Virus record (IMG/VR): IMGVR_UViG_3300033067_001795 | Span: 1-39,519 of that record | DNA: 39,519 nucleotides | Source: a virus | Taxonomy: Duplodnaviria; Caudoviricetes | Reading direction: 5' to 3' (one strand) | In this document: piece by piece, positions 8,308 to 15,964 of the stretch | Layout: each line of letters opens with the position of its first letter | How positions within the stretch are numbered: position 1 is the stretch's first letter | Position numbers and translations under genes: made by a program | The notes under the pieces: generated by a model | Told to the model about the DNA's origin: nothing | Seen by the model: only the letters and a program-made list of their open reading frames with translations | Database searches by the model: none

Positions 8308-8702
8308 GCGACGGCCTCGGCGACCTTCCCCCGCTTCGCTGCGGGCTTGGCCGGGGCGGGCTTCTCGGCCACGCCGAACGCCCAGCAGTTACAGCCGGGC
8401 GCGCGGCACGGACCGCCGGCGTGGGTGGCGAGCGTGTGACCGCAGTCGACGAGCGGACACGGATCGTTCGCGCGAGGCTTCGCGGAGGTGGCGGCCGGCT
8501 GCTCGGCGGCAAGGGGCATCGTGCCCTCGCCGATCGGCTGCTCTTCGCTCTTCACCGGAACGGGGCGGGGGCCCGCGGGCGTCTTCTTCGCCTCGCCCGG
8601 GCTCTTCTTCATCCCGGGTTCGGTGAACGTCGCCAGCTCCGCTCGGAGCCGCTCGAGCCGGTCGTGCGCGCGGGTGAGCGTCTTCGCTTCGTCGAGTTTC
8701 AC
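8304..8702 (-). CDS. Hypothetical protein with a C-terminal Cys/His finger (132 aa)
   Basis: GTGA overlaps; CPLVDCGH...H...C...CNC. Confidence 0.65.
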   Translation of the reverse strand: MKLDEAKTLTRAHDRLERLRAELATFTEPGMKKSPGEAKKTPAGPRPVPVKSEEQPIGEGTMPLAAEQPAATSAKPRANDPCPLVDCGHTLATHAGGPCRAPGCNCWAFGVAEKPAPAKPAAKRGKVAEAVA

Positions 8703-9547
8703 AGTTCCTCCCCTTCCGCTTCCTCGCCGAAGCCGGACAACTCGACGTCCTGCTCGACGTCGAACTCGCCCAGTCCCGACACGTAGCCGGGCCACTCGCC
8801 GCTGTCCTCGCAGACGCGGAGCCGCTCGAACCAAAGCGCGTTGCTCTTGCGGCCGAAGTCGAGCGCGTTCGCCTTCACCCGCATGGGCGTGACGACGTAC
8901 GGCGGCTTGCTCTCGACCTGCACGATGTAGGCGTGATGGATCCCGACCTTGAGCGCGGCCTCGGCGCCCTCGATGTACCAGGCGAGCTGGCCGGGATAGC
9001 CGAGCTTCAGAGCGGTGCGCTTGAACGCGTCGGGCTGGCCGTCCGCGGTGACCTTGAGCTCGGTGATGTGGTTGAGCCCGGGCTTCAGCACGCCCAGCCC
9101 GAGCACGTCGAGGCGGGCGGTGCAGGCCCGGCCGGCCCGCTTCCACGAGAGCTGCCGCTCGTGCTCGCCCTGGAGCTTCTCGGCGGCCTCGTCGTTCCGC
9201 TTGATGGACTCGGCCATATGGAGCGCGACGGAGACTTCCTTCTCTGTCGCGATCTCCTCGCCGGCGTGCTCGTCGCGAAACGTGTCCCAGGCCTTGCCGC
9301 GGCGCTCGCCCGGGTAGATCGCCCAGGCCTCGAGCCCGCCGAGCATCATTGCGTGCACGAGCCGGCCCTGAGCCATCGCGCGCGAGTCGCCCATGTCGTG
9401 CGTGACGGCGTAGAGGTAGTGGGCGGGCGAGCGGCCCATGTTCTTGAGCCGCGAGTAGCGGACCGGAATGGACTTCGGATCGAACGGCGGCGGTGGGGCG
9501 GCCGCGGCCGGATCGGTGAAGAGGTCGAGCGTGGCGGCGGTGGACAT
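8699..9547 (-). CDS. RecE/exonuclease VIII-like PD-(D/E)XK nuclease
   Basis: RLD...ELK core, YPGQLAWY, C-terminal CEDSGEWPGY. Confidence 0.82.
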   Translation of the reverse strand: MSTAATLDLFTDPAAAAPPPPFDPKSIPVRYSRLKNMGRSPAHYLYAVTHDMGDSRAMAQGRLVHAMMLGGLEAWAIYPGERRGKAWDTFRDEHAGEEIATEKEVSVALHMAESIKRNDEAAEKLQGEHERQLSWKRAGRACTARLDVLGLGVLKPGLNHITELKVTADGQPDAFKRTALKLGYPGQLAWYIEGAEAALKVGIHHAYIVQVESKPPYVVTPMRVKANALDFGRKSNALWFERLRVCEDSGEWPGYVSGLGEFDVEQDVELSGFGEEAEGEEL

Positions 9548-9975
9548 CAGCCCTCCATCCCGGGCTCGCGCGACTCGGCCAGCTCACGGGCCTTGATTGC
9601 CGCGATCTCTTCTGGGCTCGGGAGGCCGGCCGGGTCGGGCGGCGAGTCGGCACCGCGCGGCTGCGACGGACGGACGCGGATGCACTCCATTTCCTGCGAG
9701 CCGAACGTTGTCGTCGTCGGGTAGAGCGTGATGCGGCGGTTGACCCACTTCGAGACGTCGCTGCCGTACATCGCGGCGATCGTCTTGGCGTTCGTCTTAT
9801 TGCAGAGGAGGCCCTTCGCCTTGCCCTTGAACATGACGATCGGCTTGCGGGCCTCCTTGCCCGTCTGGTTCTTGACCTTGCCGCCTTTGACTTCGCTGAT
9901 CGTGACAGTGACGTCCTTGCCCATCAGATCCCAGGCGCCGAGATAGTCACTGTCGAACATGGTGCGGTAATCCAC
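9547..9975 (-). CDS. Putative ssDNA-binding/annealing partner of the exonuclease (142 aa)
   Basis: GTG 9975 with SD; YLGAWDL..DVTVTI...LLCNKTN...W..RITLY pattern; coupled to the RecE-like gene. Function inferred from position. Confidence 0.55.
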   Translation of the reverse strand: MDYRTMFDSDYLGAWDLMGKDVTVTISEVKGGKVKNQTGKEARKPIVMFKGKAKGLLCNKTNAKTIAAMYGSDVSKWVNRRITLYPTTTTFGSQEMECIRVRPSQPRGADSPPDPAGLPSPEEIAAIKARELAESREPGMEG

Positions 9976-9986
9976 AGTCGTCCCTT

Positions 9987-10232
9987 TCAGCCGCGGCTTT
10001 GCCCGGCGGTCACGGGTTTCTTGAAGCGCTTCGCGTCGGGGCACGTCGCGAAATGCGAGACGTGGCCGAGCGGCGCGGACTTGTCGGTGTAGGCGATGCC
10101 CCGCTCGTCGACCTGCCACTGCCCGCCCGGGGTAGCGGTGGCGTCGAGGGGCATGGAGTTGCCGGCGAAGCTCTTGGCCCAGAGGATCGGGGCCTGGCAG
10201 CTCTTGCAGGAAGAGAGGTCGCGGCCGCTCAC
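9987..10232 (-). CDS. Small Zn-finger protein (81 aa)
   Basis: CKSC...SHFATC. Confidence 0.7.
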   Translation of the reverse strand: MSGRDLSSCKSCQAPILWAKSFAGNSMPLDATATPGGQWQVDERGIAYTDKSAPLGHVSHFATCPDAKRFKKPVTAGQSRG

Positions 10233-10429
10233 GCTTCGCTCCAATGGCTGCGCTCTTCGGCCTCGGGGTCGACCGGGAGGGGCATGGGCTTCGGCGCGGG
10301 CTTGCGACGGAAGCGGCGGGTGATGCGCTCGAGGACCCAGCCCCCGCCGAAGATCGCGGCGATGAGGACGAGCGAGACGGCGAGCGCGAAGAGCTGGTCG
10401 ACGAAGGGGTCGCAGGGGTGGTTCATCAC
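10229..10429 (-). CDS. Small single-TM membrane protein
   Basis: LFALAVSLVLIAAIFGGGWVL followed by a basic/Pro tail; overlaps at both ends. Confidence 0.6.
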   Translation of the reverse strand: MMNHPCDPFVDQLFALAVSLVLIAAIFGGGWVLERITRRFRRKPAPKPMPLPVDPEAEERSHWSEA

Positions 10430-10698
10430 GCTGCAACTCCCAGCGCTTCGAGGAAGAGGCCGACCCACTCGTCGCGCTCGTCGACGTCCATTCGCTTGTA
10501 GGCGTGGCAGTCGCACGAGCACAGGACGAACCCGTGGCTGTGGCCGGGGCCGCCGTGAACGCACGTGCAGACTTCCGGCCGCATGGCCTCCTCGTCGCAG
10601 TCGCCGCAAGCGTTGCCGCAAGCTGCCTCCACGGCGGTTTCGAGGTAGAGCCTCTCGACGAGCTGCTCTACGCGAACGCGGGTAGCGACGGGGCTCAC
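10426..10698 (-). CDS. Cys/His-rich hypothetical protein (90 aa)
   Basis: CGNACGDC, CTCVH, HSH, CSCDCH; GTGA overlaps. Confidence 0.65.
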   Translation of the reverse strand: MSPVATRVRVEQLVERLYLETAVEAACGNACGDCDEEAMRPEVCTCVHGGPGHSHGFVLCSCDCHAYKRMDVDERDEWVGLFLEALGVAA

Positions 10699-10949
10699 GC
10701 TGCGAGCTCCCGATGCCGCGACGAAAGCTCGAGGTCGAGCGCCCGCTGATGGAGCGAGTAGCGTTCCGCACCGCACGCGCGAACGGCCTCGGCGTACGTG
10801 AAGTAGCCGGCCGAGTAGGTCGAGCGGCGACGGTCCCACCGCTCGGGCTCGAAGAACCACAGCCCGCCGTCGACGTGGAAGCCGCCGGGCTTGTGCTGGT
10901 AGATCGTCCAGCCGGGGACGGGCGAGGCGAAGAGGTTAGAAGGGAACAT
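10695..10949 (-). CDS. Hypothetical protein (84 aa)
   Basis: SD AAGGGAG; fits operon tiling. Confidence 0.65.
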   Translation of the reverse strand: MFPSNLFASPVPGWTIYQHKPGGFHVDGGLWFFEPERWDRRRSTYSAGYFTYAEAVRACGAERYSLHQRALDLELSSRHRELAA

Positions 10950-11256
10950 CGTCGTCTCCCTTCGCGGGTGCGGGCGTGGCGGGCGTCGCCTCCGGACCGG
11001 CGGTTAGGTCGGGGCCGGCGGGTGGATCGCCCATCTGGGCGGCGGTCGGCCAATCGATCAGCTCCAGGCCGAAGTAGGACGGGGCGGCCTTGGCGATGAC
11101 GAGCGCCTGAGCCCCCCAGCGCGTCGGGTGTCGCGGCGACTCGCACTCGACGGGAATGGCGCGGCCGAGCGCGGCGAGCACGCGGCCGATGTCCTTCGCG
11201 TCGGTGATGACGAAGCCCGAGTCGTCGTACGAGACGCGGATGCGGAGCGCCCTCAC
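10936..11256 (-). CDS. Hypothetical protein with an SSB-like acidic C-terminal tip (DDDVPF)
   Basis: Pro/Ala/Gly linker followed by KGDDDVPF-COOH. Confidence 0.65.
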   Translation of the reverse strand: MRALRIRVSYDDSGFVITDAKDIGRVLAALGRAIPVECESPRHPTRWGAQALVIAKAAPSYFGLELIDWPTAAQMGDPPAGPDLTAGPEATPATPAPAKGDDDVPF

Positions 11257-11435
11257 GCAGCCCTCCCGCCCGGTGCCGGGCTCGGGTCCTGCGGCGGGTT
11301 GTCGAGCGGACGGACGCGCGGGCGCGAGGCGTGACGCTCGGAGAGGATCGAGACCTGGCCGCGGGCGAACTCCAGGGCGCGGCGCTCCTTCACGGTCAGG
11401 CGGGGCTCGATGCGGCGCCGGAAGAGGCGGCTCAC
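11253..11435 (-). CDS. Hypothetical basic protein (60 aa)
   Basis: GTGA overlaps, SD AAGGAG. Confidence 0.55.
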   Translation of the reverse strand: MSRLFRRRIEPRLTVKERRALEFARGQVSILSERHASRPRVRPLDNPPQDPSPAPGGRAA

Positions 11436-11647
11436 GAGCGCTCCTTCCTGGCCGCGTCGAGCAGCTCGCTGACCCGCGTGTCCGAGTCCTTCACGGCGAT
11501 CACGGCGAGGATCCATTTCGCCTGGCGCACTTCTTCGACGAGGGTCTCGAGCCGGGCGTCGATGGTGTTGCGGAGCGTCGTCTCGATGCGGTCGACGTCG
11601 GACTCGATGTTGCCGAGAGCGGCGCAGTTGATCCCGTCGCAGCTCAC
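11432..11647 (-). CDS. Hypothetical coiled-coil protein (71 aa)
   Basis: GTGA overlaps. Confidence 0.6.
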   Translation of the reverse strand: MSCDGINCAALGNIESDVDRIETTLRNTIDARLETLVEEVRQAKWILAVIAVKDSDTRVSELLDAARKERS

Positions 11648-11946
11648 GCGCTCACCTCGGAGCCGTTCGCGTCGAAGCCGTTCGGCTGCGGGCGGTAGGG
11701 GCCGCGGAGCGCATCGATGGCAGCGCGCTCCCGCTCACCGACGCGTTTGGCCGCGGCGTCCCTCGCGGCCCGCAGCTCGGCGTTCTCGCGCCGGAGCTGC
11801 ACTAGCACTTGAGCCATCTCGGCGGGGAACGTCGGCGAGCGCTTCCACACGAGAAGCGTCCTCACCTCTGCGAGGATCTCCGGATCGTTGGCCGGGATCG
11901 CGAGCTTGACGTGCTCGGCCGGCGGCGGTACGTTGTCGGTCGTCAT
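11644..11946 (-). CDS. Hypothetical protein (100 aa; alternative starts at 12066 or 12099)
   Basis: ATG 11946 with SD AGGAG. Confidence 0.6.
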   Translation of the reverse strand: MTTDNVPPPAEHVKLAIPANDPEILAEVRTLLVWKRSPTFPAEMAQVLVQLRRENAELRAARDAAAKRVGERERAAIDALRGPYRPQPNGFDANGSEVSA

Positions 11947-12095
11947 CGGTTTCTCCTGGGCCGTCCCGCTGCACACGGGGCGGCTCTCTTCGTTTCTGGA
12001 GGGGAAACGCGGCGACGGTTCTCCGGCCGTCGCCGCCTGAATCTCGAAACGTCTGCTCTCCGTCACTTCATCGGCAGCACCTCCTCGGCTCGGGT

Positions 12096-12572
12096 TCATC
12101 GGGCTTCCCTGTGCACGGCGGCGGCGAGCGCATCGAGAGCGGCCCGGGCCTCCGCGATCTGAGTGAAAAGCTCGGCGCGTGACGCACCCTCCGGAAGGGC
12201 GCGGGCGACGTCACCAACCTCGGCGATCACGTCGACGAGGCGCGCGAGCGGCGAGCCCTGGGCAGCGTCGGGCGCCACGCTCGTGACGGCCAGGGCGAGC
12301 GGCTCGAGAAGGTGCGCGGCGATGACGACGCGGCTGCCGAGATCTTCGAGTGCGAGCGTCTCGAGGAACGTCTTGAGCTTGATGTCGGTAACGTTCTCGA
12401 GTTGGTCGTACACCGAGCCGGCCGACGTGTTGCAGCGCGCCGCGATGAGCGCGCCAGAGCTCTTCGGGGGCCGGAGCATCCGCCGCGCGCTGTCGACGTG
12501 CGCTGACGCTGCGCCCCCGTTTGGGTTGGCGACCACGAGACGCGGGCCCCTACCCTTTTCGGAATGCATCAA
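12096..12572 (-). CDS. Possible CII-like regulatory protein
   Basis: N-terminal HTH-like segment (LIAARCNTSAGSVYDQL) and helical C-terminus (DVIAEVGDVARAL) reminiscent of 186/P2-type CII; lies a few genes downstream of cro. Confidence 0.45.
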   Translation of the reverse strand: MMHSEKGRGPRLVVANPNGGAASAHVDSARRMLRPPKSSGALIAARCNTSAGSVYDQLENVTDIKLKTFLETLALEDLGSRVVIAAHLLEPLALAVTSVAPDAAQGSPLARLVDVIAEVGDVARALPEGASRAELFTQIAEARAALDALAAAVHREAR

Positions 12573-12907
12573 GCCGCGACTCCGAGGGGCCGGGGCCCAC
12601 CAACCTCAGCCGCGGCGGGCTGCCCGGCGTTCGTCCAGAGGCGGTGCCCCTCCGCGGTGCGGATCACGACGAAGAGAACGCCGGGCTTCGCCTCGGTGAC
12701 TTCGATGACGTCGCCGGCCAGGGCGCCGAGGAGGAGGCACGCTCCGACTTCCTCGGCGCTCGCCTCGGTGCGCACGTGCGTCGCGTAGGTGTGGAGGGAA
12801 ATGCTGCTCGGGCTCACCGTGCCGAAGCGGGAGAGGCGCGCGTCGAGGTAGGCGCGGAGCTCGAGGCGCGAGAGGTTCTCGGGCTTGATGTCGCGATCGC
12901 CGTTCAC
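12569..12907 (-). CDS. Hypothetical protein (112 aa)
   Basis: 4-bp overlaps at both ends. Confidence 0.6.
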   Translation of the reverse strand: MNGDRDIKPENLSRLELRAYLDARLSRFGTVSPSSISLHTYATHVRTEASAEEVGACLLLGALAGDVIEVTEAKPGVLFVVIRTAEGHRLWTNAGQPAAAEVGGPRPLGVAA

Positions 12908-13146
12908 GCCGCCACCGCCAGGACCGAGCCCGCGAACGTCCTCGGGTCGGGGCACTCGGCGAGCCGGGCCAGGATCGTCCCGTCCGCTTTGCGCGTCTCG
13001 TATCCCCACGTGCGGGTGCGCCAGAGGGCGACGCCGGTCGAGAGGTCGACGGCGAGGCACGCGCCCGACACGGGGCCGAAGAACGCGACGCCGTTGACGA
13101 CGATCGAGGAGTGGCACTCGGAGGGAGAGAGGGGTTCACGCCGCAT
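12904..13146 (-). CDS. Hypothetical protein (80 aa)
   Basis: ATG 13146 with SD GAGGAGG; contains LAVDLSTGVALW, resembling one PQQ-type propeller blade. Confidence 0.6.
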   Translation of the reverse strand: MRREPLSPSECHSSIVVNGVAFFGPVSGACLAVDLSTGVALWRTRTWGYETRKADGTILARLAECPDPRTFAGSVLAVAA

Positions 13147-13468
13147 GACGGGCCTCCTCGTTGATCTCGGAGCCGGGAAAGCCGAGGGCGCTGCGCTCGC
13201 GCACGGAGCGGATCTCCCCAGGCTCGTAGCCGAGGAAGGCGAGCTGATCGTTCGTGAGGTTCTCGACGGGCTGCCGCTCGTAGTGGCGTTCGGCGCACGA
13301 GTCGCAGACGTGACCCTCGCCCTCGACGTGGTGCTCGGTCTGGGCGCGGTCGTGCTCGCAGCGGACGCAGAGCACGTAGCCGTCCTCGCAGAGCCCGCAG
13401 GCCCTGGAGTGGCGGCCGCGCCCAACGAACCCCTCACCGTCGCAGGCGGTGCAGACGAGGCTGCTCAT
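13136..13468 (-). CDS. Zn-finger protein (110 aa, DnaJ-type CxxCxGxG)
   Basis: CTACDGEG, CGLCEDG, CVRC, CDSC; ATGA overlap with cro. Confidence 0.7.
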   Translation of the reverse strand: MSSLVCTACDGEGFVGRGRHSRACGLCEDGYVLCVRCEHDRAQTEHHVEGEGHVCDSCAERHYERQPVENLTNDQLAFLGYEPGEIRSVRERSALGFPGSEINEEARHAA

Positions 13469-13695
13469 GCGGCCTCCGAGAAAAGCTCTTCGACGGTCAA
13501 CCCGCGCTTCCGGGGGCACCGCTCGCGCAGCTTCTCGACGATCTGGGTCGCGAGGCTGAGAGAGAGCGTCCGCTTCCCGGAGAGGACGCGAGAGAGCTTG
13601 GACTCGGAGATCCCGACCAGATCGGCCAGCTCGGTCTGGGTCAGGCCGGCCTCGGAGAGGGAGGCCCGGAACCGCTCGTTCGCTATAGTTGCCAT
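13465..13695 (-). CDS. cro: Cro-like XRE HTH regulator (76 aa)
   Basis: GLTQTELADLVGISESKLSRVLSG; divergent from cI. Confidence 0.85.
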   Translation of the reverse strand: MATIANERFRASLSEAGLTQTELADLVGISESKLSRVLSGKRTLSLSLATQIVEKLRERCPRKRGLTVEELFSEAA

Positions 13696-13758
13696 GTCGG
13701 CAACAAAGATAGGCCTAGGTTGCCGACATGTCAATCTCTTTTTTGCCGCAATGGCAAC
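13688..13758. promoter_or_regulatory. Three 17-bp operators, consensus GTTGCC-N5-GGCAAC
   Basis: GTTGCCATGTCGGCAAC 13688-13704; GTTGCCGACATGTCAAT 13719-13735; TTTGCCGCAATGGCAAC 13742-13758. Confidence 0.85.
13706..13734 (-). promoter_or_regulatory. Lytic (cro) sigma70 promoter
   Basis: TTGACA-17bp-TATCTT, 10 nt before the cro ATG; the -35 lies inside the middle operator. Confidence 0.8.
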
Positions 13759-13772
13759 GGGAGCGCTAGTCT
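13743..13772 (+). promoter_or_regulatory. cI promoter
   Basis: TTGCCG-18bp-TAGTCT, 10 nt before the cI ATG. Confidence 0.55.
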
Positions 13773-13782
13773 TTTGTTTGCA

Positions 13783-14529
13783 ATGACTTCGCCCGCTTCG
13801 CCGTCTCCGTGGCTCGAGATCGCGGCCGAGATCCGGGGCCGGGCTGCGAGGGGGGATCAAAAGATCGTAGCGTCTCGCCTCGGGCTTGAGCGCCCCGTGC
13901 TGAGTCGGTACCTCGCCGGCCAGCGCATTCCGAACCCCGACGTTGCGGTGAAGATCGCGAAGGCGTTCGGCCTCAGCGAGTCCGAGACGGCGGCGAAGCT
14001 GACCGGTCTAGAGACGGTCGGGCGCGTGCAGTCTGTGACCGCTGCGACCCCCGCCATGGCGCTCGTGATGAACGGCGTCGGCGCGCCGCTCGTTCTCGAA
14101 GAGGTCGCGGCCGGCGTGGGCTCCCTGCCCTTCGTGCCGGAAGAGAAGACCTACTTCTTCCACGAGTCGTACATGGCCCGACACGGGTGGCACGAAGAAG
14201 ATCGGGACCGGTTCTGCTGCATAAGACTCGGGCGCAGAGCGCACTCGATGCAGCCCACGATCCAGCCGAACGCTGTTCTCCTTATCGACAGGCGATACCC
14301 CGAAGAGAAGCTCCGCGCGCTCAAGCGGGGAATCTGCCTGGTCGACATCCCTGACGAGGGCGTAGCCGTGAAGAGAGTTACCTGGGGCGATCACGTGCTA
14401 GTTATCGAGAGCGACAATCCGGAACCGGAGTTTCACGCTCGCGTGATCGACATGAGAGACCGGGAGATTCGCGACGTCATCAGGGGCAAGGTGCTTTGGT
14501 GGAGCGTCGAGGCCAGTTCAAGGGAGTAG
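13783..14529 (+). CDS. cI: CI-like repressor, HTH plus S24 autoprotease (248 aa)
   Basis: HTH QKIVASRLGLERPVLSRYLAG; Ala-Gly cleavage site VAAG; catalytic SMQP and VKR. Confidence 0.92.
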   Translation: MTSPASPSPWLEIAAEIRGRAARGDQKIVASRLGLERPVLSRYLAGQRIPNPDVAVKIAKAFGLSESETAAKLTGLETVGRVQSVTAATPAMALVMNGVGAPLVLEEVAAGVGSLPFVPEEKTYFFHESYMARHGWHEEDRDRFCCIRLGRRAHSMQPTIQPNAVLLIDRRYPEEKLRALKRGICLVDIPDEGVAVKRVTWGDHVLVIESDNPEPEFHARVIDMRDREIRDVIRGKVLWWSVEASSRE

Positions 14530-14560
14530 GCGTTTCGGCGCTTCGAACGCACACGAGGAG

Positions 14561-15187
14561 GTGAGAGTGAAACTATCCAACCTGACGTTTGCCGTCTTGC
14601 TGGTCGCGTCGCCGGTCTTCGCGAAAAAGGAACCGAAGCCGCCCGCGGTAGCGAGCGAATACGACAAGTTCACGGATCGCGGAACGCTCTCGGTGACCGC
14701 GCCGGTCATATCCCCGCCTGCGTCTGGCTTCTCTCGGGCACTCGGCGTAGCGCCCACGGGGGAGGTCACGATGAGCGTTGCGCTCGTGTTCACCGGCCAA
14801 CCCGGGAAATCTCCGGCCGTCGCCGCTTTCGCAGTCTTGAGCGCGATCACGGTCAACCGGCTCGGATACATCGACGATCACCGATTTGGATGCATCGTTG
14901 ACGGCGTGCGGCACAACTTCGACGGAACGCACCGATACAGACGTATCGGCTCGGGACCGCAGTTCGTCGAGACCGCAGACTTCGACGTGCCCTTTGCTCT
15001 TGTCCGCAGCCTCGGATCTGCCAAGGCAGCAGAGTGCCGCTTCGGGTCGAGTGAATTCGTTCTCGCTCCCGAGGTCTTGAGTGCCTTCAAGGAGCTCGCG
15101 AAGAATCTCCCGGCGGTCCCGGCCCTGGATCCGAACCCAGGATCAACCCCGGCACCGACGCCGGCGAGGCCCGCCGAGTCCCCGTGA
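14561..15187 (+). CDS. Secreted/periplasmic accessory protein (208 aa)
   Basis: SD GAGGAG; signal peptide ...FAVLLVASPVFA/KKE; two Cys; lower GC. Confidence 0.8.
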   Translation: MRVKLSNLTFAVLLVASPVFAKKEPKPPAVASEYDKFTDRGTLSVTAPVISPPASGFSRALGVAPTGEVTMSVALVFTGQPGKSPAVAAFAVLSAITVNRLGYIDDHRFGCIVDGVRHNFDGTHRYRRIGSGPQFVETADFDVPFALVRSLGSAKAAECRFGSSEFVLAPEVLSAFKELAKNLPAVPALDPNPGSTPAPTPARPAESP

Positions 15188-15415
15188 GCGCTCGCAAACC
15201 GAAGCGAAAGCGCGCCGGGCCCGCACCGCTCGAGGCCAGGATGACGAGACGGAGCGGAGGTTCCCGCACCTCACGGCGCCGGCGCTGCGGGCCGGGCTGG
15301 GCACCAGGATGAACCTGGACGCCGACGAGTTCGCGTTGAAGTGCTTCCTGGGGCTGGGGAGGCGGAGCGAGCCGGGCGAGCCTCCGGAGCGTAGGATTCG
15401 CGAGGGAGACCAGCC

Positions 15416-15964
15416 ATGACGGATAGCACCACCAAGACATTCGGTTACATCATCGCCTTCCTCTTCCCGGGTCTCATGCTCATGGGAGCCTTCTCGATGG
15501 TTGATCCGCGCATCGCGGCGATGACGCACGAGGCAGGCGCTGCCAAGGAAATGACGGTCGGAAGCTTCCTGTACCTGTCGACTGCAGCCCTCGGGTTAGG
15601 CGTCTTTGTGGCCGGGGTGAGGCAGATCGCTTGGGACGACCTGATCCTCTGCTACCTCGTGAGGAAGGACGTCGGACCCCGGCCGGTTTGGAACGAGAAG
15701 GATCTAAGGGACCCGGGTGTCTTGGCTGCCATCGAGTCAAGCACAGAGAACTTCTATCGCTTCTACCAGTTCTACTCGAACACATCGGTGGCGCTCCTCA
15801 TCGCTGCTTTGATCGTCACGTACTGGGGCTCGGGTATCCCCATCGGTGTCATGGCGGCTGGGCTCATGGCCGAAATCGTTCTCTTCCGAAATGCGATTCA
15901 CTCGATCACGAGACACCGCCAACGCCAAAGCAATCTCTATCTCGAGTTGAGAAAGGCAGCATGA
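15416..15964 (+). CDS. Four-TM membrane accessory protein (182 aa)
   Basis: Four hydrophobic segments; FGYIIAFLFPG and YRFYQFYSN; SD GAGGGAG; lower GC. Confidence 0.85.
   Translation: MTDSTTKTFGYIIAFLFPGLMLMGAFSMVDPRIAAMTHEAGAAKEMTVGSFLYLSTAALGLGVFVAGVRQIAWDDLILCYLVRKDVGPRPVWNEKDLRDPGVLAAIESSTENFYRFYQFYSNTSVALLIAALIVTYWGSGIPIGVMAAGLMAEIVLFRNAIHSITRHRQRQSNLYLELRKAA

Noticed and set aside
8304-9653. Track ORFs with long Arg-rich N-terminal extensions (this 449-aa ORF; also upstream parts of int, xis, cro, cI, terS)
   Set aside because: Extensions overlap real genes in other frames; starts re-called at NTGA overlaps or SD sites
12870-12900. RDIKPENL, resembling a Ser/Thr kinase catalytic loop, at the start of the 112-aa ORF
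   Set aside because: No Gly-rich loop, VAIK or DFG, and the protein is too short; treated as coincidence
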